Assembly (NCBI GenBank): GCA_964391765.1
Contig: CAYMNG010000005.1
Span: forward strand, 1-51,277
Direction of reading: 5' to 3'
DNA from: an uncultured Bifidobacteriaceae bacterium
GTDB lineage: Bacteria; Actinomycetota; Actinomycetes; S36-B12
DNA length: 51,277 bases
Below, in pieces: positions 1-9,346 of the stretch (position 1 is its first letter; the number at the start of each line of letters is the position of its first letter). Under the pieces are notes generated by a model, which was given only the letters and a program-made list of their open reading frames with translations, searched no databases and was not told where the DNA came from. The position numbers were made by a program, and so were the translations under genes.

Positions 1-1
1 C

Positions 2-1180
2 GCAGTCGGAGCCGCCGCACTCATCCTGAGCTCCTGCAGTGGCACGTCGAACACGGCCACCCCCGCGAGCACCGCTCCGGCGTCCGCGGCGGCCGGCGCG
101 TCACCGACCGCCGCGAGCGCGGACGCCGGATCGTCCGCGCTCGCCGAGGCGCAGGCGCAGCTGGTCGAACTGGAGAAGCCGATCACCACGTGGCCCCAGG
201 TCGCCCCGCTGGCCAAGCCGGCCGACCTGACCGGCAAGAAGATCACCCTCGTCCCGTTCATCGAGGAGGTGCCGATCATGCACGGCACCGGGCAGGGCTT
301 CATCGCCGCACTCGAGAAGCTCGGCGCGACCGTCGACGTCTGCGATGGCGGCGGTGACCCGACGAAGGTCGCGTCGTGCCTGACGACGGCCGGTCAGCGT
401 GGTGTCGACGCCGCCGTGACGCTCTTCATCGACTACGACGCGATCGGCAACGCCGTGGACGGCCTGACGCAGAAGGGCATCCCCGTCCTCATCGGCGGCA
501 TGCCGCCGTCGAAGAATCGCCCCGCCGACTCGCTCCTGGGCTACGCCGACCACTCGCCGTTCACCAACAAGGGCTACGAGTACCTCGCCGACGCCGCGCT
601 GGCGGCCGGCGGAGCCGACGCGTCCGTCGTCGCCGGCCGCCTGCGCGACTCGAGCCTGACCACCGAGTTCAGCGACACGATGGTCGACACGTTCAAGACC
701 CTGTGCCCGAACTGCCCGATCTCGACCTTCGACTTCACCGCGCCGACCGTCAGCGGGGTGCCGACGGCGGTCAGCGCCGCGCTGGCGACGCAGCCCGACA
801 CGAACATCGTCGTGATGCCCGACGACGGCTTCGCGACGGCGGCGTTGCAGGGGATCCAGAGCGCCGGCTTCACCGACAAGGCGAAGATCGTCGCGTACGG
901 GGCCGACCCGGCCGGACTCGAGCGCGTCAAGGCGGGCCAGGAGGCCGCGTCGATCGGGTTCCCCGTCGAGTTCGAGGGCTGGCGGCTGGCGAACTCCCTG
1001 CTGCAGCTGCTCGGCGGCGAACAGGTCACCCCGATCACCGAGCTGGCGGTGCGCGCCTTCACCGCGAACAACGTCGGTGACCTCGACATCCGTCCGGAGA
1101 ACTACTTCACCAGTTCCTGGTACGGAAACGACAGTTTCAAGAAGGACTTCCTCGCCGCATGGGGTGCGCCGGCGTCATGA
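2..1180 (+). CDS. Sugar-type (CUT2 / PBP type I) ABC transporter substrate-binding lipoprotein, 5' end cut by window edge
   Basis: Frame 2 is open from nt 2. The N-terminal part reads AVGAAALILSSCSG (lipobox) followed by an Ala/Ser/Pro linker. The remainder resembles periplasmic ribose/xylose-type binding proteins. Stop TGA 1178-1180 overlaps the next ATG (ATGA). ORF-track start 269 is an internal GTG. Confidence 0.8.
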   Translation, partial: AVGAAALILSSCSGTSNTATPASTAPASAAAGASPTAASADAGSSALAEAQAQLVELEKPITTWPQVAPLAKPADLTGKKITLVPFIEEVPIMHGTGQGFIAALEKLGATVDVCDGGGDPTKVASCLTTAGQRGVDAAVTLFIDYDAIGNAVDGLTQKGIPVLIGGMPPSKNRPADSLLGYADHSPFTNKGYEYLADAALAAGGADASVVAGRLRDSSLTTEFSDTMVDTFKTLCPNCPISTFDFTAPTVSGVPTAVSAALATQPDTNIVVMPDDGFATAALQGIQSAGFTDKAKIVAYGADPAGLERVKAGQEAASIGFPVEFEGWRLANSLLQLLGGEQVTPITELAVRAFTANNVGDLDIRPENYFTSSWYGNDSFKKDFLAAWGAPAS

Positions 1181-2712
1181 CCGTCGCGCGACTCGAGGCG
1201 CACCATCTGAGCAAGACCTTCGGCTCCGCCAAGGTCCTCGACGACGTGAGCCTGGTGATCCAGCCGGGGGAGATCCACGCCCTCGTCGGCCAGAACGGAT
1301 CAGGTAAGTCGACGGTCGTGAAGATCCTCACCGGGTACCACACCCCGGACCCCGGTGCCTCGATCGCACTGGACGGGCACGCGCTCGCGCTGCCCGTCCA
1401 GTGGCGCGAGGCCAGCGCCGCCGGCATGTCGGTCGTCCACCAGGACCTCGGACTCGTCAACGACCTCACCGTCAGCGAGAACATCGGCGTCGGCGGATTC
1501 GTCCGGTCGCCGATCATCCGCCGGATCGACTGGCGACGGCAGGCGCAGGTCGCGGCGGACATCCTCACGCGACTGCGAATCGATGTCGATCCGCACGCGA
1601 TGGTCGGTCAACTGCCCGCGGCCCAGCGGGCAGCGGTCGGTATCGCCCGGGCGCTGCGTGACCAGGTCGACGGCGCCGGCCTGATGATCCTCGACGAGGC
1701 GACCCGCGCGCTCCCGAAGGAGCACCTGCGAGCCTTCCACGACCTCGTTCGCCGCGTGGCCGCGAACGGTGTGTCGGTCCTCGTGATCAGCCACAACCTC
1801 GAGGAGGTGCTGGCCGTCACGGACAAGGTCACGGTCCTGCGCGACGGCAGGGTCGCGGCGGCCGGGTTGAGCACCGCGTCGCTCACCGAGGACACGATCG
1901 CCCGGCACATGCTCGGCAAGTCCGTCCGGCTGATGCACCCGGGCCGAACGTCGGTGCGTCCGGGCACGCTCGCGGCCCGGATCGACGACGTTCAGATCCC
2001 CGGCCACCTCCCGCTCTCGGTGACGATCGCGAAGGGGGAGGTGCGGGGGGCGACCGCTGTGCCCGGCACGGGTTTCGAGGACGACGCGCAGCCGGTCTCG
2101 GGCGCGCGCCGCGCCGTCGGCGGCACCGTCACCACGCAGTCGGGCACGATCGACCTGCGTCGGAGCACGGTCGCCGACCTGATGCGCGCCGGCGTATCGA
2201 TGGTCCCCGAGCGCCGGGTCTTCGAAGGGCTGGCCGTCGACCTGAACGTCCGGGACAACGTCGCCCTGCCGAGCTTCCGCCGCAAGGGGAAACCGTGGTA
2301 CGTCGCCCGTCGGTGGCAGCACGACCTCACCAACGGCTACATCGAACAGCTGAAGATCAAGACACGGTCCAGCGACTCCCTCATCCGCGAGCTGAGCGGC
2401 GGCAACCAGCAGAAGGTCCTGTTCGCCAAGTGGATCTCGGTCGAACCGCTGCTGCTGGTCCTGCACGAACCCACGCAGGCCGTGGACGTCGGTGCACGGG
2501 CCGATCTCCTGGCCGCGGTCGCCGCGGCCGCCGACGAGGGGATGGGCGTCCTGTTGGTCAGCACCGAACCCGCGGACCTGGTCGCCGCGTGTGACCGGAT
2601 CCTCGTGCTCCGTCCCGGCTCCGAACCCGTCGAACTGATCACCCGATCCCCGGACGACGTCCTCGACGCCGTCTACGCCGACACGACCTCCTCGGGAAGC
2701 GCACATGCCTGA
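1177..2712 (+). CDS. Fused two-domain ABC transporter ATP-binding protein (RbsA/MglA-like, CUT2)
   Basis: N-half Walker A is GQNGSGKST. C-half signature is LSGGNQQK with a degenerate second Walker A, as in CUT2 ATPases. ATG 1177 forms an ATGA overlap with the upstream stop. ATG 1159 (ORF track) is an alternative start. Confidence 0.85.
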   Translation: MTVARLEAHHLSKTFGSAKVLDDVSLVIQPGEIHALVGQNGSGKSTVVKILTGYHTPDPGASIALDGHALALPVQWREASAAGMSVVHQDLGLVNDLTVSENIGVGGFVRSPIIRRIDWRRQAQVAADILTRLRIDVDPHAMVGQLPAAQRAAVGIARALRDQVDGAGLMILDEATRALPKEHLRAFHDLVRRVAANGVSVLVISHNLEEVLAVTDKVTVLRDGRVAAAGLSTASLTEDTIARHMLGKSVRLMHPGRTSVRPGTLAARIDDVQIPGHLPLSVTIAKGEVRGATAVPGTGFEDDAQPVSGARRAVGGTVTTQSGTIDLRRSTVADLMRAGVSMVPERRVFEGLAVDLNVRDNVALPSFRRKGKPWYVARRWQHDLTNGYIEQLKIKTRSSDSLIRELSGGNQQKVLFAKWISVEPLLLVLHEPTQAVDVGARADLLAAVAAAADEGMGVLLVSTEPADLVAACDRILVLRPGSEPVELITRSPDDVLDAVYADTTSSGSAHA

Positions 2713-3754
2713 CATCACCGCCAATCCGCCGGCTTCGGCACCCACGACCGCTCGATCGGACGACCCGACGCGACTGGTGCCGCCGACGCGGCGACGCGCC
2801 CTTCCACCGTGGGCACACGTCCTCCTCGCCCGGTACGCGCTCGTCCTGCTGTGGATCGTCATGGCCGGGGTGTTCTGGATCGCCGAACCGGAGACGTTCG
2901 GCTCGGCCGTGACGATCTCGGCGATCTTCAGCGGCAAGCAGGTGCAGGTGTTCCTCGCGATGTCCGTCCTCGTGACCGCGGTGATCGGCGAACTGGACCT
3001 GTCGTTCGCCGCGGTGATGGGGATATCGGCGACGGCGACCTCGGTCCTGGCCAGTGTCTACGGCTGGCCGGTCTGGCTGGCGTGCCTGGCCGGAATCCTC
3101 GCGGCGCTGTTGTGCGGTGTCGCCAACGGCATGCTCGTCGTCGGCCTCGGTGTGTCGTCGCTGATCGTGACGCTCGGCATGAGCACCCTGCTGATGGGCC
3201 TGGCCCAGTGGATGAGCGGCAACACGATCGTCTCGCTGGTGAGTCCCGCGCTGGCCAACCTCGTCCTGTACGAGGTGCTGGGCATGCCGGTGTCCTTCTG
3301 GTACGGCGTCGGACTGGCGGTGCTGATCGCGTACTTCCTCGGCTGGACCCCGACCGGCCGGAGCATGGTCTTCATCGGCTCCAACCAGGAGGTCGCCCGC
3401 CTGGCCGGGATCCGGGTCAACCGCGTGCGATTCGGCGCATTCGTCGCGGCCGCGCTGCTCGCCGGACTGGCCGGCCAGATCCTGGTGGCCACGGTCGGCG
3501 GGGTGAGCGCGTCCACGTCGCTGTCGTTCCTGCTGCCCGCCCTGGCCGCGGTGTTCCTCGGAACGGCGGTCGTCCGGCCGGGGACGTTCAACCCGATCGG
3601 CACGTTGATCGCCATCTTCTTCCTCGAGACCGGCATCTACGGCCTGCAGCTGATGGGCCTGACGGGGTGGATCAAGGACGTGTTCTACGGCGCCGGCCTG
3701 GTCGCCGCGGTCACGCTCACCAAGATCGTCGGGGATCGGACCCGAACCGGCTGA
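2705..3754 (+). CDS. ABC transporter permease (RbsC/branched sugar permease family)
   Basis: 349-aa highly hydrophobic multi-TM protein following the ATPase. Its ATG overlaps the ATPase stop by 8 nt. GC3-rich frame. Confidence 0.85.
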   Translation: MPDITANPPASAPTTARSDDPTRLVPPTRRRALPPWAHVLLARYALVLLWIVMAGVFWIAEPETFGSAVTISAIFSGKQVQVFLAMSVLVTAVIGELDLSFAAVMGISATATSVLASVYGWPVWLACLAGILAALLCGVANGMLVVGLGVSSLIVTLGMSTLLMGLAQWMSGNTIVSLVSPALANLVLYEVLGMPVSFWYGVGLAVLIAYFLGWTPTGRSMVFIGSNQEVARLAGIRVNRVRFGAFVAAALLAGLAGQILVATVGGVSASTSLSFLLPALAAVFLGTAVVRPGTFNPIGTLIAIFFLETGIYGLQLMGLTGWIKDVFYGAGLVAAVTLTKIVGDRTRTG

Positions 3755-3813
3755 CCCGACGACCGTCCCGACGACGCGAACGACGAGCGACCCCTCGAGG
3801 TGGTGAACCACGC

Positions 3814-4371
3814 ATGAAATCGACCTGGCGCACGGTCATGGGCGAGTGCCCGACCGCGGTCACGATCGTCACGTCCACCGACGAGTCCGGCTCGCCGGTC
3901 GGGATGGTGGTCGGGACGTTCACCTCGGTGTCCGAGACCCCGCCGCTCGTCGGCTTCCTCGCGATGGCCTCGTCGTTCACCTACGGCGTCATCCGCCGAT
4001 CAGGCCGGTTCCGGGCCTCGGTCCTGGGCGCCACCCACGAAGCCCTGTGCCGGCACTTCTTCGCGTCCTCGCACGAGGGCCGGTTCTCGACGGACGTGTG
4101 GGAGTACGACGAGCATGGGCTGCCCCGCTTGCGGGACGCGATCGCGTGGTTCGACGCCACAGTGGACCGCACCCTCGGCGTGGGTGACCACGACTTCGTC
4201 GTCGGCGCCGTCCACGGCCTCGGCACGGGCACGGGGACGCACGAGGACCTGCCGTTGATCTTCCTGCGTGGTGGGTATCGCTCGATCAGCCGGTTGGGCC
4301 AGGTCCATCACGCCCCGGACCCGTTCTCGTCCCCGATCGAGTTCGGCTCACCGTACTTCTCCCTGTCCTGA
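3814..4371 (+). CDS. hpaC: Flavin reductase (NAD(P)H:flavin oxidoreductase small component of a two-component monooxygenase)
   Basis: 185 aa with a flavin-reductase-domain pattern (CPTAVTIVTS...GMVVGTFTSVSETPPLVGF...HDFVVG). It sits directly upstream of hpaB and is the only credible part of spurious ORF-track entry 2809..4371. Confidence 0.8.
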   Translation: MKSTWRTVMGECPTAVTIVTSTDESGSPVGMVVGTFTSVSETPPLVGFLAMASSFTYGVIRRSGRFRASVLGATHEALCRHFFASSHEGRFSTDVWEYDEHGLPRLRDAIAWFDATVDRTLGVGDHDFVVGAVHGLGTGTGTHEDLPLIFLRGGYRSISRLGQVHHAPDPFSSPIEFGSPYFSLS

Positions 4372-4409
4372 CCGACCGACACACGACCCACTCGACGAAG
4401 GGCACGACC

Positions 4410-5966
4410 ATGACCGAGAACCCTGACGCCCCGACGGGCCAGACGACGGCGCTCCCGCCGAACGGCGAGCAGTTCCTCGCCAGCCTCCGAGACGGACGCG
4501 AGGTGTGGATCTACGGCGAGCGGGTCGACGACGTCACGACCCATCCGGCGTTCCGCAACTCCGCGCGGTCGTTGGCACGGCTCTACGACGCGCTGCACGA
4601 TCCGGTGACGGCCGGCGTCGTGACGTCCCCGACCGACACCGGCAACGGAGGGTTCACCCACCCCTTCTTCAAGCTGGCCTACACGCGCGACGACCTTCGT
4701 GCGAGCCGCGACGCGATCACCCAATGGCAGCAGTTGGTGTTCGGCTGGATGGGCCGGACCCCCGACTACAAGGCCTCGCTGACGACTCCGCTCGGCGCGA
4801 ACCCCGAGTTCTTCGGCGAGTACGCGGACAACGCGCGTCGGTGGTACCGGGAGATCCAGGAGCAGGTGCTCCATATCGGTCACGCGATCATCCACCCGCC
4901 GGTCGACCGGAACCGCGCGGCCGACGAGGTCCGCGACGTGTACGTTCACGTCGAGTCGACGAACGACAACGGGATCGTCGTCTCCGGCGCCAAGGTCGTC
5001 GCGACGGGCTCGCCGACGACGCAGTACAACTACGTGTCGCATATGGGCGTCCCGTTGGGCGACAACAATTTCGCGGTCACCTTCCTCGCGCCGTCGGCGG
5101 GCCGGGGGATCAAGATGATCGCGCGGCACTCGTACGAGGAGGCGGCCGCGCGCGCGGCCGGGCCGTTCGACTACCCACTGTCGAGCCGGTTCGACGAGAA
5201 CGACGCGATCCTGGTGTTCGACGAGGCGCTGATCCCCTGGGAGAACGTCCTCATGTTCGACGCCAAGAAGTTGCCGGAGTTCGACGCGGTCGCCGGTTGG
5301 ATCCCGCGGGCGATCTTCCAGGCCTCGACCAGGCTCGGGGTGAAGCTCGACTTCATCATCGGCGTCCTGTCGTACGCACTGGAGATCACGGGGGCCGGCG
5401 TCTACCGCGGCGTGCAGGCCGGTCTGGGCGAGGTCGTCGCGATCCGCAACGTCGTCAACGCGCTCCGTGACGGCATGATCGAGAACGCCGAACCCGGGTG
5501 GGGTGGAACCCTCGACCCACACACGGGGTACGCGTACGCGTACGCCTCGACGGCTCCGGGGTTGTACCGCCGGATGCGCGAGATCATCTCCACGATCGTC
5601 GCGTCGGGTCTGATCTACCTGAACTCCCACGCCGTCGACTTCGAGACTCCCGAGCTCCGTCCCTACCTCGATCGGTACCTGCGCGGTTCGAACGACAAGA
5701 CCGCGCTGGACCGCAGCCGGACGATGAAGCTGCTGTGGGACGCGGTCTGCAGCGAGTTCGGCGCGCGGCACGAGTTGTACGAGCTGAACTACTTCGGCCA
5801 GCCGGAGCTGAACTACGTCCTCGGCCAGGAGCACGCGCACGGTGACGGGACGATCGACCACGCCCGTGATCTGGCCCGCGAGGCGATGTCGGCCTACGAC
5901 CTGGGCGGGTGGACCGACGGTGTACTGGTGAACCCCGACGACGTCAGCTTCTTGCGTCGACGCTGA
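4410..5966 (+). CDS. hpaB: 4-hydroxyphenylacetate 3-monooxygenase, oxygenase component
   Basis: 518 aa. Long colinear blocks match E. coli HpaB as I recall it: GRE.WIYGERVDDVTTHPAFRN, GWMGRTPDYKA, YDYPLSSRFDENDAILVFD..LIPWENVL, GVQAGLGEVVA, GRHELYELNY. Confidence 0.92.
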   Translation: MTENPDAPTGQTTALPPNGEQFLASLRDGREVWIYGERVDDVTTHPAFRNSARSLARLYDALHDPVTAGVVTSPTDTGNGGFTHPFFKLAYTRDDLRASRDAITQWQQLVFGWMGRTPDYKASLTTPLGANPEFFGEYADNARRWYREIQEQVLHIGHAIIHPPVDRNRAADEVRDVYVHVESTNDNGIVVSGAKVVATGSPTTQYNYVSHMGVPLGDNNFAVTFLAPSAGRGIKMIARHSYEEAAARAAGPFDYPLSSRFDENDAILVFDEALIPWENVLMFDAKKLPEFDAVAGWIPRAIFQASTRLGVKLDFIIGVLSYALEITGAGVYRGVQAGLGEVVAIRNVVNALRDGMIENAEPGWGGTLDPHTGYAYAYASTAPGLYRRMREIISTIVASGLIYLNSHAVDFETPELRPYLDRYLRGSNDKTALDRSRTMKLLWDAVCSEFGARHELYELNYFGQPELNYVLGQEHAHGDGTIDHARDLAREAMSAYDLGGWTDGVLVNPDDVSFLRRR

Positions 5967-5976
5967 TCCGCGCTCG

Positions 5977-6013
5977 GCGTACGGGCACGCCGCCGCGCCG
6001 GCGGCCCGTACGC
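5977..6013 (+). terminator. Strong GC hairpin after hpaB (putative intrinsic terminator without U-tail)
   Basis: Perfect 10-bp arms: gcgtacgggc (5977-5986) and gcccgtacgc (6004-6013). The 17-nt loop can pair further. It starts 11 nt after the hpaB stop. No T-run follows, which is common in actinobacteria. Confidence 0.5.
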
Positions 6014-6038
6014 TAGGGGGTCGACGGGGAGGAGGCCC

Positions 6039-6989
6039 ATGCGCAGGTGGCCCGATGTGCCTGGGCAGACGAAGGCGCTGGTGCGGCGCGCGAGAGAGTC
6101 CGGCACGGCCGCCGTCGTCGACGTTCGTGAGCGCGTCGTCCTCGCGGGTGACGTCCGGAAGCACGGTCCGCTGGCCGCGGCCGCGCGACTGGGACTGCGT
6201 AGTGACCGCCCGTTGCCGATGTACTGGTGGGCCGGGGAGACCAACTTCGGCGACATCCTGTCGCCGGTGATCACCGCGTACGTCTCGGGGATGTCGCCGC
6301 GGCCGGTGCACTCGCGCCGGCACGGAAAGGTGGTCGCTGTGGGCAGCGTGCTGTTCGCGGCCCGGCCCGGGGACGTCGTCTGGGGCGCAGGGTCGGTGCG
6401 CGAGCAGCCGGTCGACCTCGACGGCACGGTCGTCCTGGCGGTCCGCGGGCCACTGACCGCGGCGCTCGTCCGCGGCGACGTCGCCCCCGCTGTGCACGGG
6501 GATCCGGCAGTTCTCCTGCCCCGCCTGCACGCCCCGCGGGAGCTGCCGAACGCACGGATCGGCCTGGTGCCGCACCTGGTGGACCGGGCGATCATGACGA
6601 GCGGGGACCCGGCGGTGCGGGTGATCGACCTCGGCACGCGCGACTGGCGGAGCGTCGTGGACCAAATCGCCGCCTGCGACGTCGTGCTGTCCTCGTCGCT
6701 GCACGGCGTCATCGTGGCCGAGGCCTACGGGGTGCCGGCGGTGTGGACGAAGGCCTCGGACGGTGTCGTCGGCGATGGATTCAAGTTCCGCGACTACTAC
6801 GCCGCGACCGACCGGGACGTCGGGCAGGCCCGGCTGTGGGGCGCGCCGCTGGCGGACCTCGTCGACTCGGCGGTCGCGCCGCCGGCCATCGACGGCCAGC
6901 GGCTCGTCGACGCCTGGCGGGCGCACTTCGGACCGATGCCCGCCGAGACGTCATCGCGGCCGGCGGCTCGTCGGGCGGGCGAGCGGTGA
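6039..6989 (+). CDS. Polysaccharide pyruvyl transferase family protein
   Basis: YWWAGETNFGDILSPVI matches the NFGD.LS motif region of PS_pyruv_trans proteins (CsaB/WcaK type). There is a strong SD (ggaggagg) just before ATG 6039. The true start could be the internal ATG 6219, which has no SD. Confidence 0.7.
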   Translation: MRRWPDVPGQTKALVRRARESGTAAVVDVRERVVLAGDVRKHGPLAAAARLGLRSDRPLPMYWWAGETNFGDILSPVITAYVSGMSPRPVHSRRHGKVVAVGSVLFAARPGDVVWGAGSVREQPVDLDGTVVLAVRGPLTAALVRGDVAPAVHGDPAVLLPRLHAPRELPNARIGLVPHLVDRAIMTSGDPAVRVIDLGTRDWRSVVDQIAACDVVLSSSLHGVIVAEAYGVPAVWTKASDGVVGDGFKFRDYYAATDRDVGQARLWGAPLADLVDSAVAPPAIDGQRLVDAWRAHFGPMPAETSSRPAARRAGER

Positions 6990-8107
6990 TCATCGGGCCG
7001 GCCCGCATCGAGGTCGGGGTGGAAGCGCGAGTGAGGTTCCCCATCCGCTGGGACGCGGACGTGCCCGACGAACTGTGGTTCGAGGTCGACGCGCGACACG
7101 CCGAGATGCTGAGCGACCGGGCCGACGCGGCGCTGCTCGGACTGGTGTGCGCGGCGATGAGGGCGGGCGAGGACGTGCACGTCGAGGGACCGGTGACCGA
7201 CCTCCAGGTCGCTCGGCTGGCCGGGGAGTTCCAGGACCTGTGCACGCGGGTCAGCCCACAGTGGCAGCAGGTCGCGGTGACGGCCGCCGAACCCGTTGCG
7301 TCGGCCGGTCGCGCCGCGGGCGTCGGCCTGACCTTCTCCGGCGGGGTGGACTCCTTCGCCGCGTTCGCGCGGCACCACCTGGACGCGCTGTTCGCGTCGA
7401 CCCGGCTGACCCACCTGCTCTACACGAACGCCGGCTCGCACGAGCCGTACGGGCGCGAACTGTTCCACCGCAGGCTCGCGCGGATTGCCCCGATCGGCGA
7501 GCGCGTCGACATCCCGCTCGTCCGCATCGACTCGAACATCAGCGACTTCTACTGGCCGGGTTCGTGGGAGTCGACCCACGTCACCCGCAATGTCGCGACG
7601 GTGCTGGCACTGCAGGCCGGGCTCGGTCGCCTTCGGCATGCCGGTTCCTACGAGTGGCCGTATGTGCGGATCGTCCCGGACGGCGTGCAGTCCCGGGTCG
7701 AGCCGATCCTCATGCCGATGCTCGCCACCGACGCGTTCACCCCGCAGACCGCACTCGGTGGGCTCACGCGGATGGCCAAGACCCGGATCGTCGCAGACAC
7801 GGCCCTGGCCCACGAGTTCCTCAGCGTCTGCACGGCCGCCGGCGACGGCAACTGCTCGCGGTGCGTGAAGTGCCAGATGACGGTGCTGAGCCTGGAGCTC
7901 ATGGGCGCGGCGGACCGCTTCGCCGGGGTCTTCGACCTCGAGACGTGCCGGCGCGGACGGGAGGACTTTCTCGGCTTCCTCTGGGCGAGCTCCGGTCACC
8001 TGCACGGTGAACTGCGCGAGCACCTCCTGGTGGCCGGCATCGCACCGCCGCGCCGGTCGCTGGCCGGTCGCGCGGTCGCCGGTGCCCGGCGCGTGGTCGG
8101 GAGGTAG
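6986..8107 (+). CDS. QueC-like PP-loop ATP pyrophosphatase-fold protein with unknown N-terminal domain (paralogue 1)
   Basis: It carries FSGGVDSF (SGGxDS PP-loop) and a C-terminal C-x7-C-x2-C-x2-C motif (VCTAAGDGNCSRCVKC). GTG 6986 overlaps the upstream stop (GTGA). The N-terminal 250 aa of ORF-track entry 6227..8107 are an out-of-frame shadow of the pyruvyl transferase gene. Confidence 0.6.
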   Translation: MIIGPARIEVGVEARVRFPIRWDADVPDELWFEVDARHAEMLSDRADAALLGLVCAAMRAGEDVHVEGPVTDLQVARLAGEFQDLCTRVSPQWQQVAVTAAEPVASAGRAAGVGLTFSGGVDSFAAFARHHLDALFASTRLTHLLYTNAGSHEPYGRELFHRRLARIAPIGERVDIPLVRIDSNISDFYWPGSWESTHVTRNVATVLALQAGLGRLRHAGSYEWPYVRIVPDGVQSRVEPILMPMLATDAFTPQTALGGLTRMAKTRIVADTALAHEFLSVCTAAGDGNCSRCVKCQMTVLSLELMGAADRFAGVFDLETCRRGREDFLGFLWASSGHLHGELREHLLVAGIAPPRRSLAGRAVAGARRVVGR

Positions 8108-8113
8108 GGGCGG

Positions 8114-9226
8114 ATGCGGATCGGTCACGGACGTGTCGGTGAGGGCGGTAGCGCCGATACGCGAAGGCTGAGCTTCCCGGTCGCCTCCGACCGTGACCGG
8201 CCGGACACGTTGTGGTTCGAGGTTCCGACCGGGCACGCGGACCTGCTGTCGACGCGGGGCGACGCGGCGCTGGTGGCCCTACTCGTAGCGGCCATGCACG
8301 ACGGCGAGGACGTGCACCTGGACGCCGAGGTCACCGACGCGCTCGCGGGTGCCGCGAGCGACGAACTGCAGTCGCTCCTTCGCCTGGTCACCCCGGACCT
8401 GAAGCGGATCCGGGTGGACGTCGCGCGGGCGGAGCCGGCCGCGGACCCCGCGCCGGGGAGAGCCCTGGCGTTCTCCGGGGGAGTCGACTCCTTCGCCACG
8501 CTCGACCGACAGCTGCTGAACGCGGCCTGCGCGTCCGATCGGGTCACCCATCTGGTCTTCACCAACGTCGGCTCGCACGACCCGGTAGGACGACCGCTGT
8601 TCCACGACCGACTGCGCCGACTGGCCTCGATCGGCCCCCGGCTGGGAGTGCCGCTCGTGCCCGTGGACAGCAACCTGTCGGACTTCTACTGGCCCGCGTC
8701 CTGGCGCGGGACGCACGTGACGCGCAACGTCGCGGCCGGCCTGGCCCTGCAGGGCGGGGTCCGGCGGCTGTTCCACGCGTCGACGTCCCACTGGGCCGAG
8801 CTCGTCCTGGGTGAGAGCAGCTACCAGTCCGCCGTCGAGCCGGCGCTCGTCCCGATGCTGGGCACCGACGCGTTCGAGATCGTGACGACGATGTCGAACC
8901 TCGACCGGCTCGGGCGCACCCGAATCGTGGCCGAGGTTCCCGTCGCCTGGGACTTCCTCGACGTGTGCACGGCCGAGGTCGGCGGCACGAACTGCGGGGC
9001 CTGCCACAAGTGCCAGGTCACGATGATCCACCTGGAGATCATCGGCGCGCAGGAGCGCTTCGCGCACGTGTTCGACCTCGACCAGTTTCGTCGCGGCCGC
9101 AACGACTTCCTCACGCACGTCTTCACGACCGACGACGACTACTACGTCGATCTCGTCGCCCATCTGCGGGCGGCCGGGATCGCGCCTCGAGCCGCGCGCC
9201 GGCTCGCCTGGCTGCGGGGTGGGTGA
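8114..9226 (+). CDS. QueC-like PP-loop ATP pyrophosphatase-fold protein with unknown N-terminal domain (paralogue 2)
   Basis: Colinear with paralogue 1. Shared blocks include LWFEV, FSGGVDSF, TN.GSH, DSN.SDFYWP.SW..THVTRNVA, TRIVA, and a 4-Cys motif VCTAEVGGTNCGACHKC. A gggagg SD lies 8 nt upstream of ATG 8114. Confidence 0.65.
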   Translation: MRIGHGRVGEGGSADTRRLSFPVASDRDRPDTLWFEVPTGHADLLSTRGDAALVALLVAAMHDGEDVHLDAEVTDALAGAASDELQSLLRLVTPDLKRIRVDVARAEPAADPAPGRALAFSGGVDSFATLDRQLLNAACASDRVTHLVFTNVGSHDPVGRPLFHDRLRRLASIGPRLGVPLVPVDSNLSDFYWPASWRGTHVTRNVAAGLALQGGVRRLFHASTSHWAELVLGESSYQSAVEPALVPMLGTDAFEIVTTMSNLDRLGRTRIVAEVPVAWDFLDVCTAEVGGTNCGACHKCQVTMIHLEIIGAQERFAHVFDLDQFRRGRNDFLTHVFTTDDDYYVDLVAHLRAAGIAPRAARRLAWLRGG

Positions 9227-9346
9227 GGCCGCCGGAACGATTTGCATGAAAACGAAGCCAGATTCAGTTTCAGCGCGTAGATTGCCTCCTTGTTCCGTCC
9301 AGCACAGCCCGGGTGCACATCACTCGGCACACAGCAGGGAGACCAG

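Noticed and set aside
4308-6926. 872-aa minus-strand ORF. Similar very long ORFs are 1300..2937(-), 2639..3811(-), 10356..12056(-), 15008..17056(+), 25834..27678(+), 32807..35356(+), 45516..47588(-) and many others.
   Set aside because: They lie antisense to or out of frame with genes that have clear family motifs. Their translations are Arg/Pro/Gly/Asp-rich low-complexity strings without motifs. Long stop-free shadow frames are expected in very GC-rich DNA.
6227-6985. N-terminal extension of QueC-like paralogue 1 (626-aa ORF).
   Set aside because: It overlaps the pyruvyl-transferase gene in another frame and is Arg/Gly/Pro-rich. Paralogue 2 aligns only from about residue 15 after GTG 6986. 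The GTGA overlap at 6986 fits the coupling style of the region.
8105-8116. Paralogues 1 and 2 are in the same reading frame, separated by TAG plus two codons. This could indicate a read-through fusion or a recently split gene.
   Set aside because: Paralogue 2 has its own SD (gggagg) and ATG. Both proteins are complete copies of the same architecture, so this is a tandem duplication and not a split gene. The shared frame has a 1-in-3 chance expectation.
9261-9272. agattcagtttc resembles agattcaggttc at 28611-28622, which could indicate a shared operator between the SBP promoter region and the TetR region.
   Set aside because: The match is a single short 11/12 stretch with no palindromic context at 9261. 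It is compatible with chance among AT-richer intergenic stretches.
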